Below, in pieces: positions 28,615 through 37,949 of a stretch of DNA of 64,000 nucleotides. A program made the translations under genes and the position numbers. The stretch is from Candidatus Latescibacterota bacterium (lineage in GTDB: Bacteria > Latescibacterota > UBA2968 > UBA8231). The stretch is from the NCBI GenBank assembly GCA_965203355.1, contig OZ241889.1, forward strand, positions 3,648,001 through 3,712,000, in the 5' to 3' direction. The notes under the pieces are model-generated. The model was not told the DNA's origin. It saw nothing but the letters and a program-made list of their open reading frames with translations, and searched no databases. Within the stretch, counting starts at the first letter, position 1, and each line of letters begins with the position of its first letter.

Positions 28615-28632
28615 GCTAGGTGTGTTGTCGGC

Positions 28633-29481
28633 CTAAGCCGGGAAGTGCTCCAGTGCGGCCGCCCGCATCGCCGCGACCGGCGGCTCGACACCCGTCCATA
28701 TCTCAAGTGCCCGCGCACCTTGCCAAGCGAGCATACCCAAGCCGTTGATCGCCGAGGCACCAGCGGCGGCGGCCTGCTGCATGAGCGCGGTCTCCAGCGG
28801 GTTGTACACAAGGTCGGCGACCATCATGCCGGCGTGTAAACACGATGGGTCCGCCAGCGGCGAAACGCCAGCGCGAGGGTGCATTCCGAGGGTCGTGGCG
28901 TTGATGAGCAAACCAGCGTCGCCAATCGGCCCGGTCTCGGCCAGCGACCCGACCCGTACCTTGCCTTCGCGGTCGAGGTCCGCGGCGAGCGCGGCCGCCT
29001 TTTCCACCGTGCGGTTGAGCAAGGACACCTCCTCCACCTCGGCACGCGCCAGCAGCGCGTAGAGCACGGCCCGCGCCGCACCCCCGGCGCCGAGCAGCGC
29101 GACCTTGGGCGGCAACCGGCCCAAACCGCCATCGGCCTTGAGGCTCTGGACGATGCCAAAGGCGTCCGTGTTGTACCCCACGAGCCGTCCAGCGCAATGG
29201 GCAATGGTATTGACCGCACCAATGCGCTGGGCCTCGGCGGAGATCTCGTCGAGATGCGCCATGACCGCCTGCTTGTGCGGCACCGTTACATTCAGCCCAA
29301 CGATGCCAAAAGCGCGCATTCCAGCGAGGGCCGCGGGCAAGGCGGCCGGAGCAACGCGAAACGCCGCGTACACATAGTTGAGCTTCAACGCTCGGAGCGC
29401 GGCGTTGTGCATGGCCGGCGACGCCGTATGTGCGACCGGGTCGCCGATGACGCCGAGCACCCGCGTCGTCCCGCAAATCAC
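28633..29481 (-). CDS. aroE: Shikimate dehydrogenase
   Basis: SPAMHN, GLNVTVPHK, GAVNT, NTD, GAGGAA. Confidence 0.94.
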   Translation of the reverse strand: MICGTTRVLGVIGDPVAHTASPAMHNAALRALKLNYVYAAFRVAPAALPAALAGMRAFGIVGLNVTVPHKQAVMAHLDEISAEAQRIGAVNTIAHCAGRLVGYNTDAFGIVQSLKADGGLGRLPPKVALLGAGGAARAVLYALLARAEVEEVSLLNRTVEKAAALAADLDREGKVRVGSLAETGPIGDAGLLINATTLGMHPRAGVSPLADPSCLHAGMMVADLVYNPLETALMQQAAAAGASAINGLGMLAWQGARALEIWTGVEPPVAAMRAAALEHFPA

Positions 29482-29618
29482 CCCAACACATCCTCGATAA
29501 AGCTGTTGGCAATCTCAAAGGATTCGCGCCACGATACGCCGTAGAGCAAGCGGATGGCGAGCAGGCCGCCGCACAACATCACGGCCGCGCACACAAAGAG
29601 CCGAAAAATTCCTCGCAT
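29478..29618 (-). CDS. Small 46-aa membrane protein
   Basis: AGGAG RBS, MRGIFRLFVCAAVMLCGGLLAIRLLYG..; TGA overlaps aroE GTG. Confidence 0.65.
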   Translation of the reverse strand: MRGIFRLFVCAAVMLCGGLLAIRLLYGVSWRESFEIANSFIEDVLG

Positions 29619-29635
29619 ATTCAATCTCCTTCTCC

Positions 29636-30838
29636 TTAAATAGATTGTACGACCTCAAAAAAATCGGGCCAGATGGGCGTCAAGCACGCCCGGCCTTCGA
29701 TGGTCAACTCTCCTCCGGCCAACAGTCCAGCCACGGCAAAAGCCATCGTTAAACCGGGATCGCCCTTGCCGTCGAGGGGGCCGCTTTCGAGCGGGAAGCC
29801 GCCCTCGATGACCAGCCCCTCGGGGAACTGACCGATCCGCGCATTGAGCGCGCGCAGCGTAGCGCACAAATGCTCCACATGCGGCACATCTGCGATGTCG
29901 CGGATGACCGTCGTCCCCTTCGTCTGAGTCGCCAAAACAGCGAGCAACGCGATCTGGTCGGCGACCTTGGCCGCCCGCGCCCCAGCCACGCGCGTGGCCT
30001 TTAACGGACTAGCACTCACGTGCAAATCGCACTCGTTGCCCCCGAGTTCTTTCGCGGCGATCTGCGCCCCAATCTGCCGCAGCAAATCCAAGAAGGCCCG
30101 GGGCCCGGGGCGCGTGGCCACGCGCTTGATGGTTAGCTCCGACCCCTTGCGACACAGCGCAGCCCCCATGAGCGGATAAGCCAATTCGAGTTGCCCGGGC
30201 ACCTCCACATCCGTTGCCTGTAACGCCTGCCCGCCTTCCAGCGACAGCAGCCTACGCCGCTCGACGGCAATCCCGCGCGCGCGCAACAACCGCTCCACGC
30301 GGGTGCCGACTTTTAGCGCGGTCGTCCCCTCGGCAAAGAGCGCGGCCACCGTGGCGCCCAGTGCCAAGGCGTCGGTCGGCGGTGCCGCGGAGAGGACGAA
30401 CCCTTTGGCCGGCTGCCCGCCGGTTACAACGGTCCCCCCGCTCTCCTGTTCGACAGCGAATCCGACCTCGGCCAACAGGCTGAGCAGTGGCCGACACCGC
30501 TCGGCTTCCGCGCCCAATTTCACCCGCGAGCGAAACGTTTGCCCGGCGAGCACGGGAAGCAACAGCAGCGCCGTGTCGCCCAACCCCGCTAAGTCGAGCG
30601 GCTCGGCGGCCTCCTGAAACCCCCGCAACCCAACGCCGCGCACCCCATGAGTGCCCGCCCGCACGGCCAGGTCAACGCCTAAATCGCGCAACAGACCGAC
30701 CACCCGGCCAGCGGCAACAGGCGCGTTGTGGACGGTGCTGTCTCCTTCGCTCAGCGCGGCCAACACGAGGGCCTGCTCGGCGAGATCTCGCTCTCCGGGC
30801 ACGGACACTTGGCTCGCAGGGGTTGCGCTGGCTGCCAT
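29636..30838 (-). CDS. EPSP-synthase-fold (AroA-like) protein lacking canonical catalytic motifs
   Basis: Colinear with AroA (ALSEGDS, GVGLRG, VPG, AVLATQ..G.TVIRD, MAFAVAGL, PDF) and in the aroA position, but active-site motifs replaced. Confidence 0.75.
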   Translation of the reverse strand: MAASATPASQVSVPGERDLAEQALVLAALSEGDSTVHNAPVAAGRVVGLLRDLGVDLAVRAGTHGVRGVGLRGFQEAAEPLDLAGLGDTALLLLPVLAGQTFRSRVKLGAEAERCRPLLSLLAEVGFAVEQESGGTVVTGGQPAKGFVLSAAPPTDALALGATVAALFAEGTTALKVGTRVERLLRARGIAVERRRLLSLEGGQALQATDVEVPGQLELAYPLMGAALCRKGSELTIKRVATRPGPRAFLDLLRQIGAQIAAKELGGNECDLHVSASPLKATRVAGARAAKVADQIALLAVLATQTKGTTVIRDIADVPHVEHLCATLRALNARIGQFPEGLVIEGGFPLESGPLDGKGDPGLTMAFAVAGLLAGGELTIEGRACLTPIWPDFFEVVQSI

Positions 30839-30841
30839 GGC

Positions 30842-31950
30842 CTAGGGTCTCCGCGCCCCGTACCCGAGCCGAGCCAAAATTCCCAGCGCATGTTCCGCAC
30901 TCTCCGCGCTGTCAAATCCCAACCGCAGCGTCCCTCCCTCGCCCTCGCGCACCTTCATCACCTCGATATCGTTGATGTTTATCCCTTGCGTTCCGAGTGC
31001 CTGCCCGATCTCGGCGACCACGCCCGGCCGATCCTCAGCCAGCACCAAAACCTCGTGCAGCGCGTGAATAAACCCCTTTGAATCCCTCGGGATAGACCCG
31101 CGAATCTCGTTGGCAAAATCGAAATCCGCCCTGAGCTCTTCGGCCGCTAGCCGCTCCCGCACATCCGCGAGCGCGGCGATGTAGCGGTCGATCATCGCGC
31201 GGATCTCGTCGGCATTGGTCGCGCAAATATCCTCCCAGACCGGCGCGAATGGACTCGAGGCAATCCGCGTCAAGTCGCGAAAACCGCCAGCGGCCAACGG
31301 CAAGAAGTGGTCCCGCTCGGCATGCAGTCGCCCGACCATGCTCACCAGCGAGGTCGCCATCATCTGCGGCAAGTGGCTGATCGCAGCGACCGCTCGGTCG
31401 TGTGCCCCAGCGTCTAGTTCCATCACCCGTGCTCCAAACTGCCGCAAGAGCGCAGTCAATGCTTGGTAGCGGTCCGCCGGTACCTTTGGGTCGGGGACCA
31501 AAATGTAAATCGCATTCTGGAAGAGGAACGGGTCGGCTGCCGCCACGCCCGCCTTTTCAGAACCTGCCATTGGATGGCCGCCGACAAAGTACACCTCGTC
31601 GCGGAAATGAGCTTGAGCCGCAGCGACAATGCGCCGCTTGGTGCTCCCCACATCGGTGACGAGAGTCCCCGGCTCGGCCAGCCGCCCCACTTCGGCAATC
31701 AGCGTCAGAATCCGCTTGATCGGCGTGCAGATAAAGACTAGGTCGGCCCCTCGGAGCGCCGGCCCCAACTCATCGTAGCCCCATCCTTCGTCCAGCACGC
31801 CCAACTCCAGCGCCCGGGCGAGGGTCGCCGAACGGCTGACGCCCACAAGCTGCCCGCCAAAGCCCGTGCGCTTGAGCGCCAAGCCTAGGGAGCCGCCGAT
31901 CAGGCCCACGCCGATGATAACTACCCGCCGGAAGAAGGCTCGCTCTCCTC
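30842..31950 (-). CDS. tyrA: Prephenate dehydrogenase with C-terminal ACT domain; 5' end apparently frameshifted from chorismate mutase
   Basis: RVVIIGVGLIGGSLG, TDVGSTK, GGHPMAGSE, SHLPQ, GFRDLTRIA, EDRPG ACT. Confidence 0.88.
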
Positions 31951-32211
31951 GCGTTCAAAGTTGGTGGTCAATTCGATGAGTAGCCGATAGAGCGCTTCTA
32001 GGGCCGCGTCCTGCATCGGCCCTTGGAGCCCTTGATTATAGGCTTTGATCTTGGCGATCACATCGCGCTCGCGCTGGGGATCGCGTATTGCTTTTCCCGC
32101 GGTCTTTTTAATCCCCCCGATCTCCTGCGCACACTGCATGCGCTCGTTGAGCAAAGCAATTACTTGGCGGTCAATGGCATCTATGCGCTCGCGCCAGTCA
32201 CTCAGGTCCAT
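31921..32211 (-). CDS. Chorismate mutase (AroQ type)
   Basis: WRERIDAIDRQ..LLNER..IG.IK..RDPQRE. Confidence 0.9.
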   Translation of the reverse strand: MDLSDWRERIDAIDRQVIALLNERMQCAQEIGGIKKTAGKAIRDPQRERDVIAKIKAYNQGLQGPMQDAALEALYRLLIELTTNFEREESEPSSGG

Positions 32212-32224
32212 AATAGCTACTCCC

Positions 32225-33208
32225 TTACCGATGTCCCATGGCCCGACGGGCCGCGTCCATTGTTGCGTCGACAATCGGGCGCAACTGCTCGACGCTGTCG
32301 GCCAGCACCTCGTCGATATAGACGGGATCGGCCGTCAGTTCCCGATAGCGGGCCTGAATCGGCTCGATCTCGGCGATGACCACTTCGGCCAGTTCCTTTT
32401 TTAGGTCGCCGTACCCCTTGCCGACAAAACGCGCCTCGATCTCGGCGTAGTCCAAGCCGGTCAACGCCTGATAGATCGTCAGCAGATTGAACAGCCCAGG
32501 ACGCTGTGGATCGAAAACAATGCCCTGCTGCGAATCAGTTACCGCCCGCCTGATCGTCTGGCGCACCTTATTCGGGCTGTCGAGCAGGCCGATGCTGTGG
32601 TGCTGGCCCGCGGCCGACTTAGACATTTTCGCGGTCGGATCGTCGAGCCCCATGATCCGCGCCCCGACCGCGGGAATGACCGGCTCGGGCACGGTGAACA
32701 CCGCGCCGAATTGGCGATTGAAGCGCTCGGCAATGTCGCGCGTCAATTCCACGTGCTGTTTTTGGTCGTCGCCGACCGGGACCTCGTGCGCCTGATAGAG
32801 CAGGATATCGGCGGCCATCAACGTCGGATAGACGAACAGCCCGGTGCCGACGCGCTCGCGCCGCGCCCCCACCCGATCCTTAAACTGGGTCATCCGCTCC
32901 AACCAGCCCATCGGCGTGATGCAGGTCAACAGCCAAGCTAACTCGGTGTGCTCCGGGATGTGCGACTGCACAAAAAGACGGCACTTTTGCGGATCGAGAC
33001 CGCAGGCAATGTACAGGGCCACGGCCTCGCGCGTACCGCGGCGCAAAGCCTCCGGGTCGTAGGGCCCGGTGATCGCGTGCTGATCGACCACGCAGAAGAT
33101 GTTGTCGCGCGCCGCTAGGTTGGCGAGCCAGTTGCGGACGGCACCGATGTAGTTGCCGATGTGGATGTGGCCTGAAGGCTGAATGCCCGAAAATACTCGT
33201 TTCTTCAC
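32225..33208 (-). CDS. trpS: Tryptophan--tRNA ligase
   Basis: SGIQPSG, HIGN, LMAADIL, VPVGDDQKQH, KMSKS. Confidence 0.96.
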   Translation of the reverse strand: MKKRVFSGIQPSGHIHIGNYIGAVRNWLANLAARDNIFCVVDQHAITGPYDPEALRRGTREAVALYIACGLDPQKCRLFVQSHIPEHTELAWLLTCITPMGWLERMTQFKDRVGARRERVGTGLFVYPTLMAADILLYQAHEVPVGDDQKQHVELTRDIAERFNRQFGAVFTVPEPVIPAVGARIMGLDDPTAKMSKSAAGQHHSIGLLDSPNKVRQTIRRAVTDSQQGIVFDPQRPGLFNLLTIYQALTGLDYAEIEARFVGKGYGDLKKELAEVVIAEIEPIQARYRELTADPVYIDEVLADSVEQLRPIVDATMDAARRAMGHR

Positions 33209-33984
33209 GTGCCTAATAACTCCCTCACTTTGGCGCCAATATCGGCTTCGCGCATCAGGGATTCGCCGACCAAAATCGCATCGACACCGGCGGAGGCCAG
33301 CCGCTCAACATCGCCGCGATCGCCAATTCCGCTCTCGCTGACGACGACCGTTCCCGCCGGCATCTGATCCACGAGCGCAAAGGTCGTCTCCAAGGTGGTC
33401 GCAAAAGTCCGCAGATTGCGGTTGTTGACGCCGACGAGCCGGGCACCGGCCGCTTTGGCCCGCGCCAGTTCCACCCCATCGTGAACTTCGACTAGAGCGT
33501 CTAGTGCCAACTCCTCGGCGAGGCCAAGGTAATCGTCGAGCTGGCTGGAGTCCAGCAGCGCCACGATCAGCAAAACAGCGTCGGCACCCAGGACGCGGGC
33601 TTCGTAGAGTTGGTATTCGTCAATGGTGAAATCCTTGCGCAACACCGGCAAGCCCGCGACCGCTTTAGCCATCTGCAAATGCGCGTCGCACCCTTGAAAA
33701 TACGCCTCGTCCGTCAATACCGAAAGACAGCGCGCCCCATGAGCGGCATACGCATCGGCGATCCGCTCGGGATCGAAGTCGGCGCGGATGACGCCCTTGG
33801 ACGGCGAGGCTTTTTTAACCTCGGCGATCAGCGCGATCCCGTCGGCCGCCAGCGCACCTTGAAAATCGGCCGGCCCCGCCGTATCGCGCGCCTGCGACCG
33901 CACATCGGCCAAACTGCGCTGGCGCTGGCGGTCGGCGACGAACGCGCGCTTGTACGCGGCTATTTCGCTGAGGAAATCCGCCAT
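33205..33984 (-). CDS. trpC: Indole-3-glycerol phosphate synthase
   Basis: IAEVKKASPSKG, SVLTD, LRKDF, GVNNRNL, SESG. Confidence 0.95.
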   Translation of the reverse strand: MADFLSEIAAYKRAFVADRQRQRSLADVRSQARDTAGPADFQGALAADGIALIAEVKKASPSKGVIRADFDPERIADAYAAHGARCLSVLTDEAYFQGCDAHLQMAKAVAGLPVLRKDFTIDEYQLYEARVLGADAVLLIVALLDSSQLDDYLGLAEELALDALVEVHDGVELARAKAAGARLVGVNNRNLRTFATTLETTFALVDQMPAGTVVVSESGIGDRGDVERLASAGVDAILVGESLMREADIGAKVRELLGT

Positions 33985-33986
33985 CG

Positions 33987-34997
33987 TCAGGCGTTGCTTA
34001 CCTCGACCAGCCGATCCAAGGCTTGGCGCGCCTTGCCCGAGTCAATGGACGCACGCGCCACCTCGAGACCGGCGCTCATGTCCTCGGCCAGCCCGCCAAC
34101 AACCATGGCCGCGGCCGAGTTGAGCAGCACCACGTCGCGCTGCGGCCCGGCCGCGCCGTCGAGTACCCCGCGCAGGATGCGCGCATTGTGAACGGCATCG
34201 CCGCCTTTGAGGGCTGCGGCTGCGACGGTCTGTAAACCAAAATCCCCCGGATGAATTTGGCGCGTCCTGACCTGCCCGTCCTTCAACTCGCTGACCTGCG
34301 TCGGCCCGGTCAGCGTGATCTCGTCCAGCCCGTCCGAGCCATGCACCACCAAGGCGCGTTCCGATCCCAACGCGCACAACACCTCAGCGAGCGCCTCGGT
34401 CAACGCGGCGTCGAACACGCCGAGCAACTGCCTTTTGGCCCCCGCCGGATTGATCAGCGGCCCCAAGATGTTAAAAACCGTGCGAGTGGCTAACTCCCGG
34501 CGCGGCCCAATGGCGTGTTTCATCCCCCCGTGCAAAGCCACCGCAAACAGGAAGCCAATGCCGACTTCGTCGATGCACTCGCCGACCTTTTCCGGAGTGG
34601 CTTCGACGTTGACTCCGAGCGCGGCCAACACGTCTGCCGAGCCGCATTCGCTCGATACAGAACGGTTGCCGTGCTTGGCCACCGTTAGGCCCGCGCCGCA
34701 GGCGACAAAGGCCGCTGTCGTAGAGATGTTGAAAGTGCCTGAATCATCGCCGCCCGTACCGCAGGTGTCGATCGGATCGGGACGCACCGTCCTTATTGGC
34801 GTGGCTTTCTCGCGCATGACTTCGGCGCAGCCCGCGATCTCGTCGATGGTCTCGCCCTTGATCCGCAGGGCAATGAGAAACGCGCCGATCTGGGCGTCGG
34901 TGGCTTGGCCGCTCATAATCTGCTCCATCGCCGCCCGCACCTTAACGCGGCCCAAGTCCGCTCCGTCGATCAGGTCTCTTATGGCTTCTTGTATCAC
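33987..34997 (-). CDS. trpD: Anthranilate phosphoribosyltransferase
   Basis: DTCGTGGD, NIST, KHGNRS, GLDE. Confidence 0.95.
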   Translation of the reverse strand: MIQEAIRDLIDGADLGRVKVRAAMEQIMSGQATDAQIGAFLIALRIKGETIDEIAGCAEVMREKATPIRTVRPDPIDTCGTGGDDSGTFNISTTAAFVACGAGLTVAKHGNRSVSSECGSADVLAALGVNVEATPEKVGECIDEVGIGFLFAVALHGGMKHAIGPRRELATRTVFNILGPLINPAGAKRQLLGVFDAALTEALAEVLCALGSERALVVHGSDGLDEITLTGPTQVSELKDGQVRTRQIHPGDFGLQTVAAAALKGGDAVHNARILRGVLDGAAGPQRDVVLLNSAAAMVVGGLAEDMSAGLEVARASIDSGKARQALDRLVEVSNA

Positions 34998-35007
34998 GTC
35001 GCGCTCC

Positions 35008-35571
35008 TCATAAGCGAAGAAAATTATCCAGTAGTTGTTTGCCTGCTGCGGTCAAAATCGACTCGGGATGGAACTGCACCCCTTCGAGAGGCCAGCGCCG
35101 GTGCCGAATTCCCATGATCGTCCCGTCTTCGCTCGTGGCGGATACTTCCAGACATTCGGGCAAGCTCTCCCGCTCGACAGCCAGCGAGTGATAGCGAGTG
35201 GCGACGAAGGGGTTTTGTAGGCCGGCGAACAGCGTGCGCCCGTCGTGTTGCACGGGCGTTGCGCGACCGTGGACAATCTCGCGGGCGCGACCGATGCGCC
35301 CGCCGCAAACTTGGGCGATGACTTGGTGCCCCAGACACACGCCCAAAATGGGGATCACCCCGGCCAACCGCTCGACGAGCGCACCCGAAATGCCAGCTTG
35401 CGCTGGGGCCCCGGGGCCAGGCGAGATGACGACGCGCTCGGGTGCGAGCACCACGGCGGCGGCGACCGTCAGTTCGTCGTTGCGCAAGACCTGGGTTGTC
35501 GCCCCCAACTCCTCTAAATAATGCACCAAATTGTAGGTAAAGGAGTCGTAGTTATCAAGTATCAGCAACAT
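35008..35571 (-). CDS. trpG: Anthranilate/aminodeoxychorismate synthase glutamine amidotransferase (TrpG/PabA)
   Basis: DNYDSFT, SPGPG, GVCLGHQ, RYHSL, QFHPES. Confidence 0.9.
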   Translation of the reverse strand: MLLILDNYDSFTYNLVHYLEELGATTQVLRNDELTVAAAVVLAPERVVISPGPGAPAQAGISGALVERLAGVIPILGVCLGHQVIAQVCGGRIGRAREIVHGRATPVQHDGRTLFAGLQNPFVATRYHSLAVERESLPECLEVSATSEDGTIMGIRHRRWPLEGVQFHPESILTAAGKQLLDNFLRL

Positions 35572-35575
35572 GGTT

Positions 35576-37738
35576 TCAGCGCGCGAGTTTCTCCATTACT
35601 TGGGCGATCAGCCGCCGACCTAAATCGTCCTTGAGCGTCAAAATCGACTCCGGGTGAAACTGCACCGCCGCCACCGGCAACGCACGGTGCTCCACGGCCA
35701 TGATGACCCCATCGTCGGTCCGCGCTAACACCCGCAAACACTCGGGCAGTTTCTCCGGCACGGCGTAGAGCGAGTGATAGCGTCCAGCGACAAATTCCGT
35801 GGGAAACCCGGCGAAAATCCCTTCGGGCGTACAGCGGATCGTCGATTCCTTGCCGTGCATCGGATAGGACAGGACCCCCAGTTCGCCGCCGAGCGCCTCG
35901 ACAATGCCTTGCAAACCGAGGCACACGCCAAAAACCGGCAGCACACGCCGGATACACTCGTCGACCAATGCCGGCACGCCGAATTCCTCGGGCGTACCGG
36001 GCCCCGGCGATATGAAAACCAGACCGGGATCAAAGTCGGCTAAGACGCGCTGGAAATCGCGCCGGCCCCGGGCGCCGCGTGCGGCGCGCACCGTCACCAC
36101 CTCCGCTCCGGTCTGCCGCACGTAATCGCCGAGCGTGTGGACGAACGAGTCGCGGTTATCGACGAAAAGCACCCGTTTGCCCGGGCCCGAGGGCGCAACT
36201 TGGACGCTTTGCTCCCGGGCGTCGTCCGCGCCGATTACCGCGTTGATAAAGGTCTCGGCCTTGGCCCGCGTTTCGCGCTCTTCGGTGTCGGGATCCGAAT
36301 CGCAGAGCAGCGTCGCCCCGGCCCGCACTTGGGCGATGCCGTCCTCCAAGTGTACCGTGCGGATGGTGATCCCGGTGTTGATTTCGCCGCTAAAGAGCAA
36401 CATCCCAACGCAGCCGCCGTACCAACGCCGCGCCGAGTTTTCCAGTTCCTCAATTTTCTGCATGGCCGCTGGTTTGGGCGCACCCGTAAGCGTTACCGCC
36501 CACATGTGCGAAAGCAGAGCATCAAACCCATCGCAGTCGTCCTTCAACTCGCCTACTACTTGGTCCACCGTGTGAAAGACCTTGGAGTACTTTTCGATCA
36601 TCCGCCGCCCGACGACCCGCACCGAGCCTTCCTTGCAAATCCGCGCTTTGTCGTTGCGGTCCACGTCCGTACACATGTTCAACTCGGCCTCGTCCTTTTT
36701 TGAGTTGATCAAGTCGCGAATCTGCTCGGCATCCTCCATCACGGTTTTGCCGCGACCGATGGTCCCGGCAATCGGACACGTCTCGACGAATGACCCGTTG
36801 ACCCGCACGAACATCTCAGGCGAAGCGCCGATCAGATACTCACCGCCGAGGTTGATAAAGAACTCGTAGGGGCTTGGGCTCGTGCGGCGGATATTCGCAA
36901 AAAGAGCGTGCGGACTGCCGACAAAACCAGCGCTGAGCACTTGGCTCGGCGTCACCTCAAAGAAGTCGCCGCGCTCAGTACCGGCGACGACCTCGCGCAC
37001 CTTGTCGGCGTATTCGCCAGGGGCGTGGTCGCACGTGATCTCGGACGCTGCGCCGCGCACATAGGGCACGGCGTCCGCGCCGCGCTCCACGCCCTCGGTC
37101 GACAATCCATCGGCGGCAAACTCATAGCTGTAACGCCGCGCCTGTTCCTTGCGGTGATCTACCACCACCAGTTCGTCTGGCAAAAAGAGGTGCAAATCGG
37201 GCCGATCCGCGCGGCGCGGATGATGCAGTTGGAGCGGCTCAAACTGGAGTACCAGGTCGTAGCCCAAGGCCCCGTAAAAGCCCAAGTGATTTTCGCCTTT
37301 GGTCCGCATCAGCACCGCCAGGGCACGCAGGACGCTAAAGATCGTCGGCTGCTTGGATCGCGCTTCTTCGGGGAAGTACTCGGGCATGGGGGCCACCGCG
37401 CCTTTGAGCTGGCCCTCGGTTCGCTCCAACTCAATCACATGCTCGTGCGCGGAGAGGCTGCGGCGAAAGGTCTCCAGCAACACCTCGCCGCGTGCGTTGA
37501 GGGCGCGGAAGGCAAAGGTGCGCTGACGCGCCACCAGCTCCAGCGGCGGATCGACGAAGCCAATGTCCCAGCGGCTGTATCGCCCCGGATATTCGTAGCC
37601 GCTGGCGAAGACAGCGCCTCGATGCGTATTGAGCCGCTCGAGCAGGGACTCTAACGGCCTTTCTATGGGCAATTCCTCGGTCTGGCGTTTGACTTCAACG
37701 CCACCGGCCGTGCGAAAAATATGCGTGTGCGTGGTCAT
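35576..37738 (-). CDS. trpE: Fused anthranilate synthase TrpE(G)
   Basis: YEYPGRYSRWD, GASPEMFVRV, MCTDVDRNDK, TGAPK..AM, C-terminal GATase (GVCLG, QFHPES). Confidence 0.93.
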   Translation of the reverse strand: MTTHTHIFRTAGGVEVKRQTEELPIERPLESLLERLNTHRGAVFASGYEYPGRYSRWDIGFVDPPLELVARQRTFAFRALNARGEVLLETFRRSLSAHEHVIELERTEGQLKGAVAPMPEYFPEEARSKQPTIFSVLRALAVLMRTKGENHLGFYGALGYDLVLQFEPLQLHHPRRADRPDLHLFLPDELVVVDHRKEQARRYSYEFAADGLSTEGVERGADAVPYVRGAASEITCDHAPGEYADKVREVVAGTERGDFFEVTPSQVLSAGFVGSPHALFANIRRTSPSPYEFFINLGGEYLIGASPEMFVRVNGSFVETCPIAGTIGRGKTVMEDAEQIRDLINSKKDEAELNMCTDVDRNDKARICKEGSVRVVGRRMIEKYSKVFHTVDQVVGELKDDCDGFDALLSHMWAVTLTGAPKPAAMQKIEELENSARRWYGGCVGMLLFSGEINTGITIRTVHLEDGIAQVRAGATLLCDSDPDTEERETRAKAETFINAVIGADDAREQSVQVAPSGPGKRVLFVDNRDSFVHTLGDYVRQTGAEVVTVRAARGARGRRDFQRVLADFDPGLVFISPGPGTPEEFGVPALVDECIRRVLPVFGVCLGLQGIVEALGGELGVLSYPMHGKESTIRCTPEGIFAGFPTEFVAGRYHSLYAVPEKLPECLRVLARTDDGVIMAVEHRALPVAAVQFHPESILTLKDDLGRRLIAQVMEKLAR

Positions 37739-37757
37739 GAGTTTCTCCTAAAAACAC

Positions 37758-37790
37758 AAAAAAACGCGGACACCCGAGGGCGTCCGCGTT
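37758..37790 (-). terminator. trp attenuator terminator
   Basis: AACGCGGAC-GCCCTCGGGT-GTCCGCGTT followed by U-run just upstream of trpE RBS. Confidence 0.88.
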
Positions 37791-37816
37791 GGATTGAAAA
37801 TTCATCTCGTCGCAGG

Positions 37817-37897
37817 CTAGCGGATGGACGCACCTCTTTCCCGACTCGGGGAATACCCAGTGCGCCACCAGCGACGAGTGTGAAGCAAAGAGTTCAT
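37817..37897 (-). CDS. trpL: trp operon leader peptide MNSLLHTRRWWRTGYSPSRERGASIR
   Basis: Tandem TGG TGG codons; CTCGTCGC/GCGACGAG and GCGTCC/GGACGC alternative pairings. Confidence 0.88.
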   Translation of the reverse strand: MNSLLHTRRWWRTGYSPSRERGASIR

Positions 37898-37906
37898 AAA
37901 CGGCAG

Positions 37907-37935
37907 AAAGTAAAAGGCGCCCTTTTCGCTGTCAA
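37907..37935 (-). promoter_or_regulatory. sigma70 promoter of trp/aro operon
   Basis: TTGACA-N17-TACTTT. Confidence 0.75.
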
Positions 37936-37949
37936 GGGCCGGTCAACGC

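Noticed and set aside
35008-35571. Redundant TrpG as a novelty
   Set aside because: A stand-alone TrpG/PabA beside a fused TrpE(G) is readily explained by folate synthesis or later gain of the fusion.
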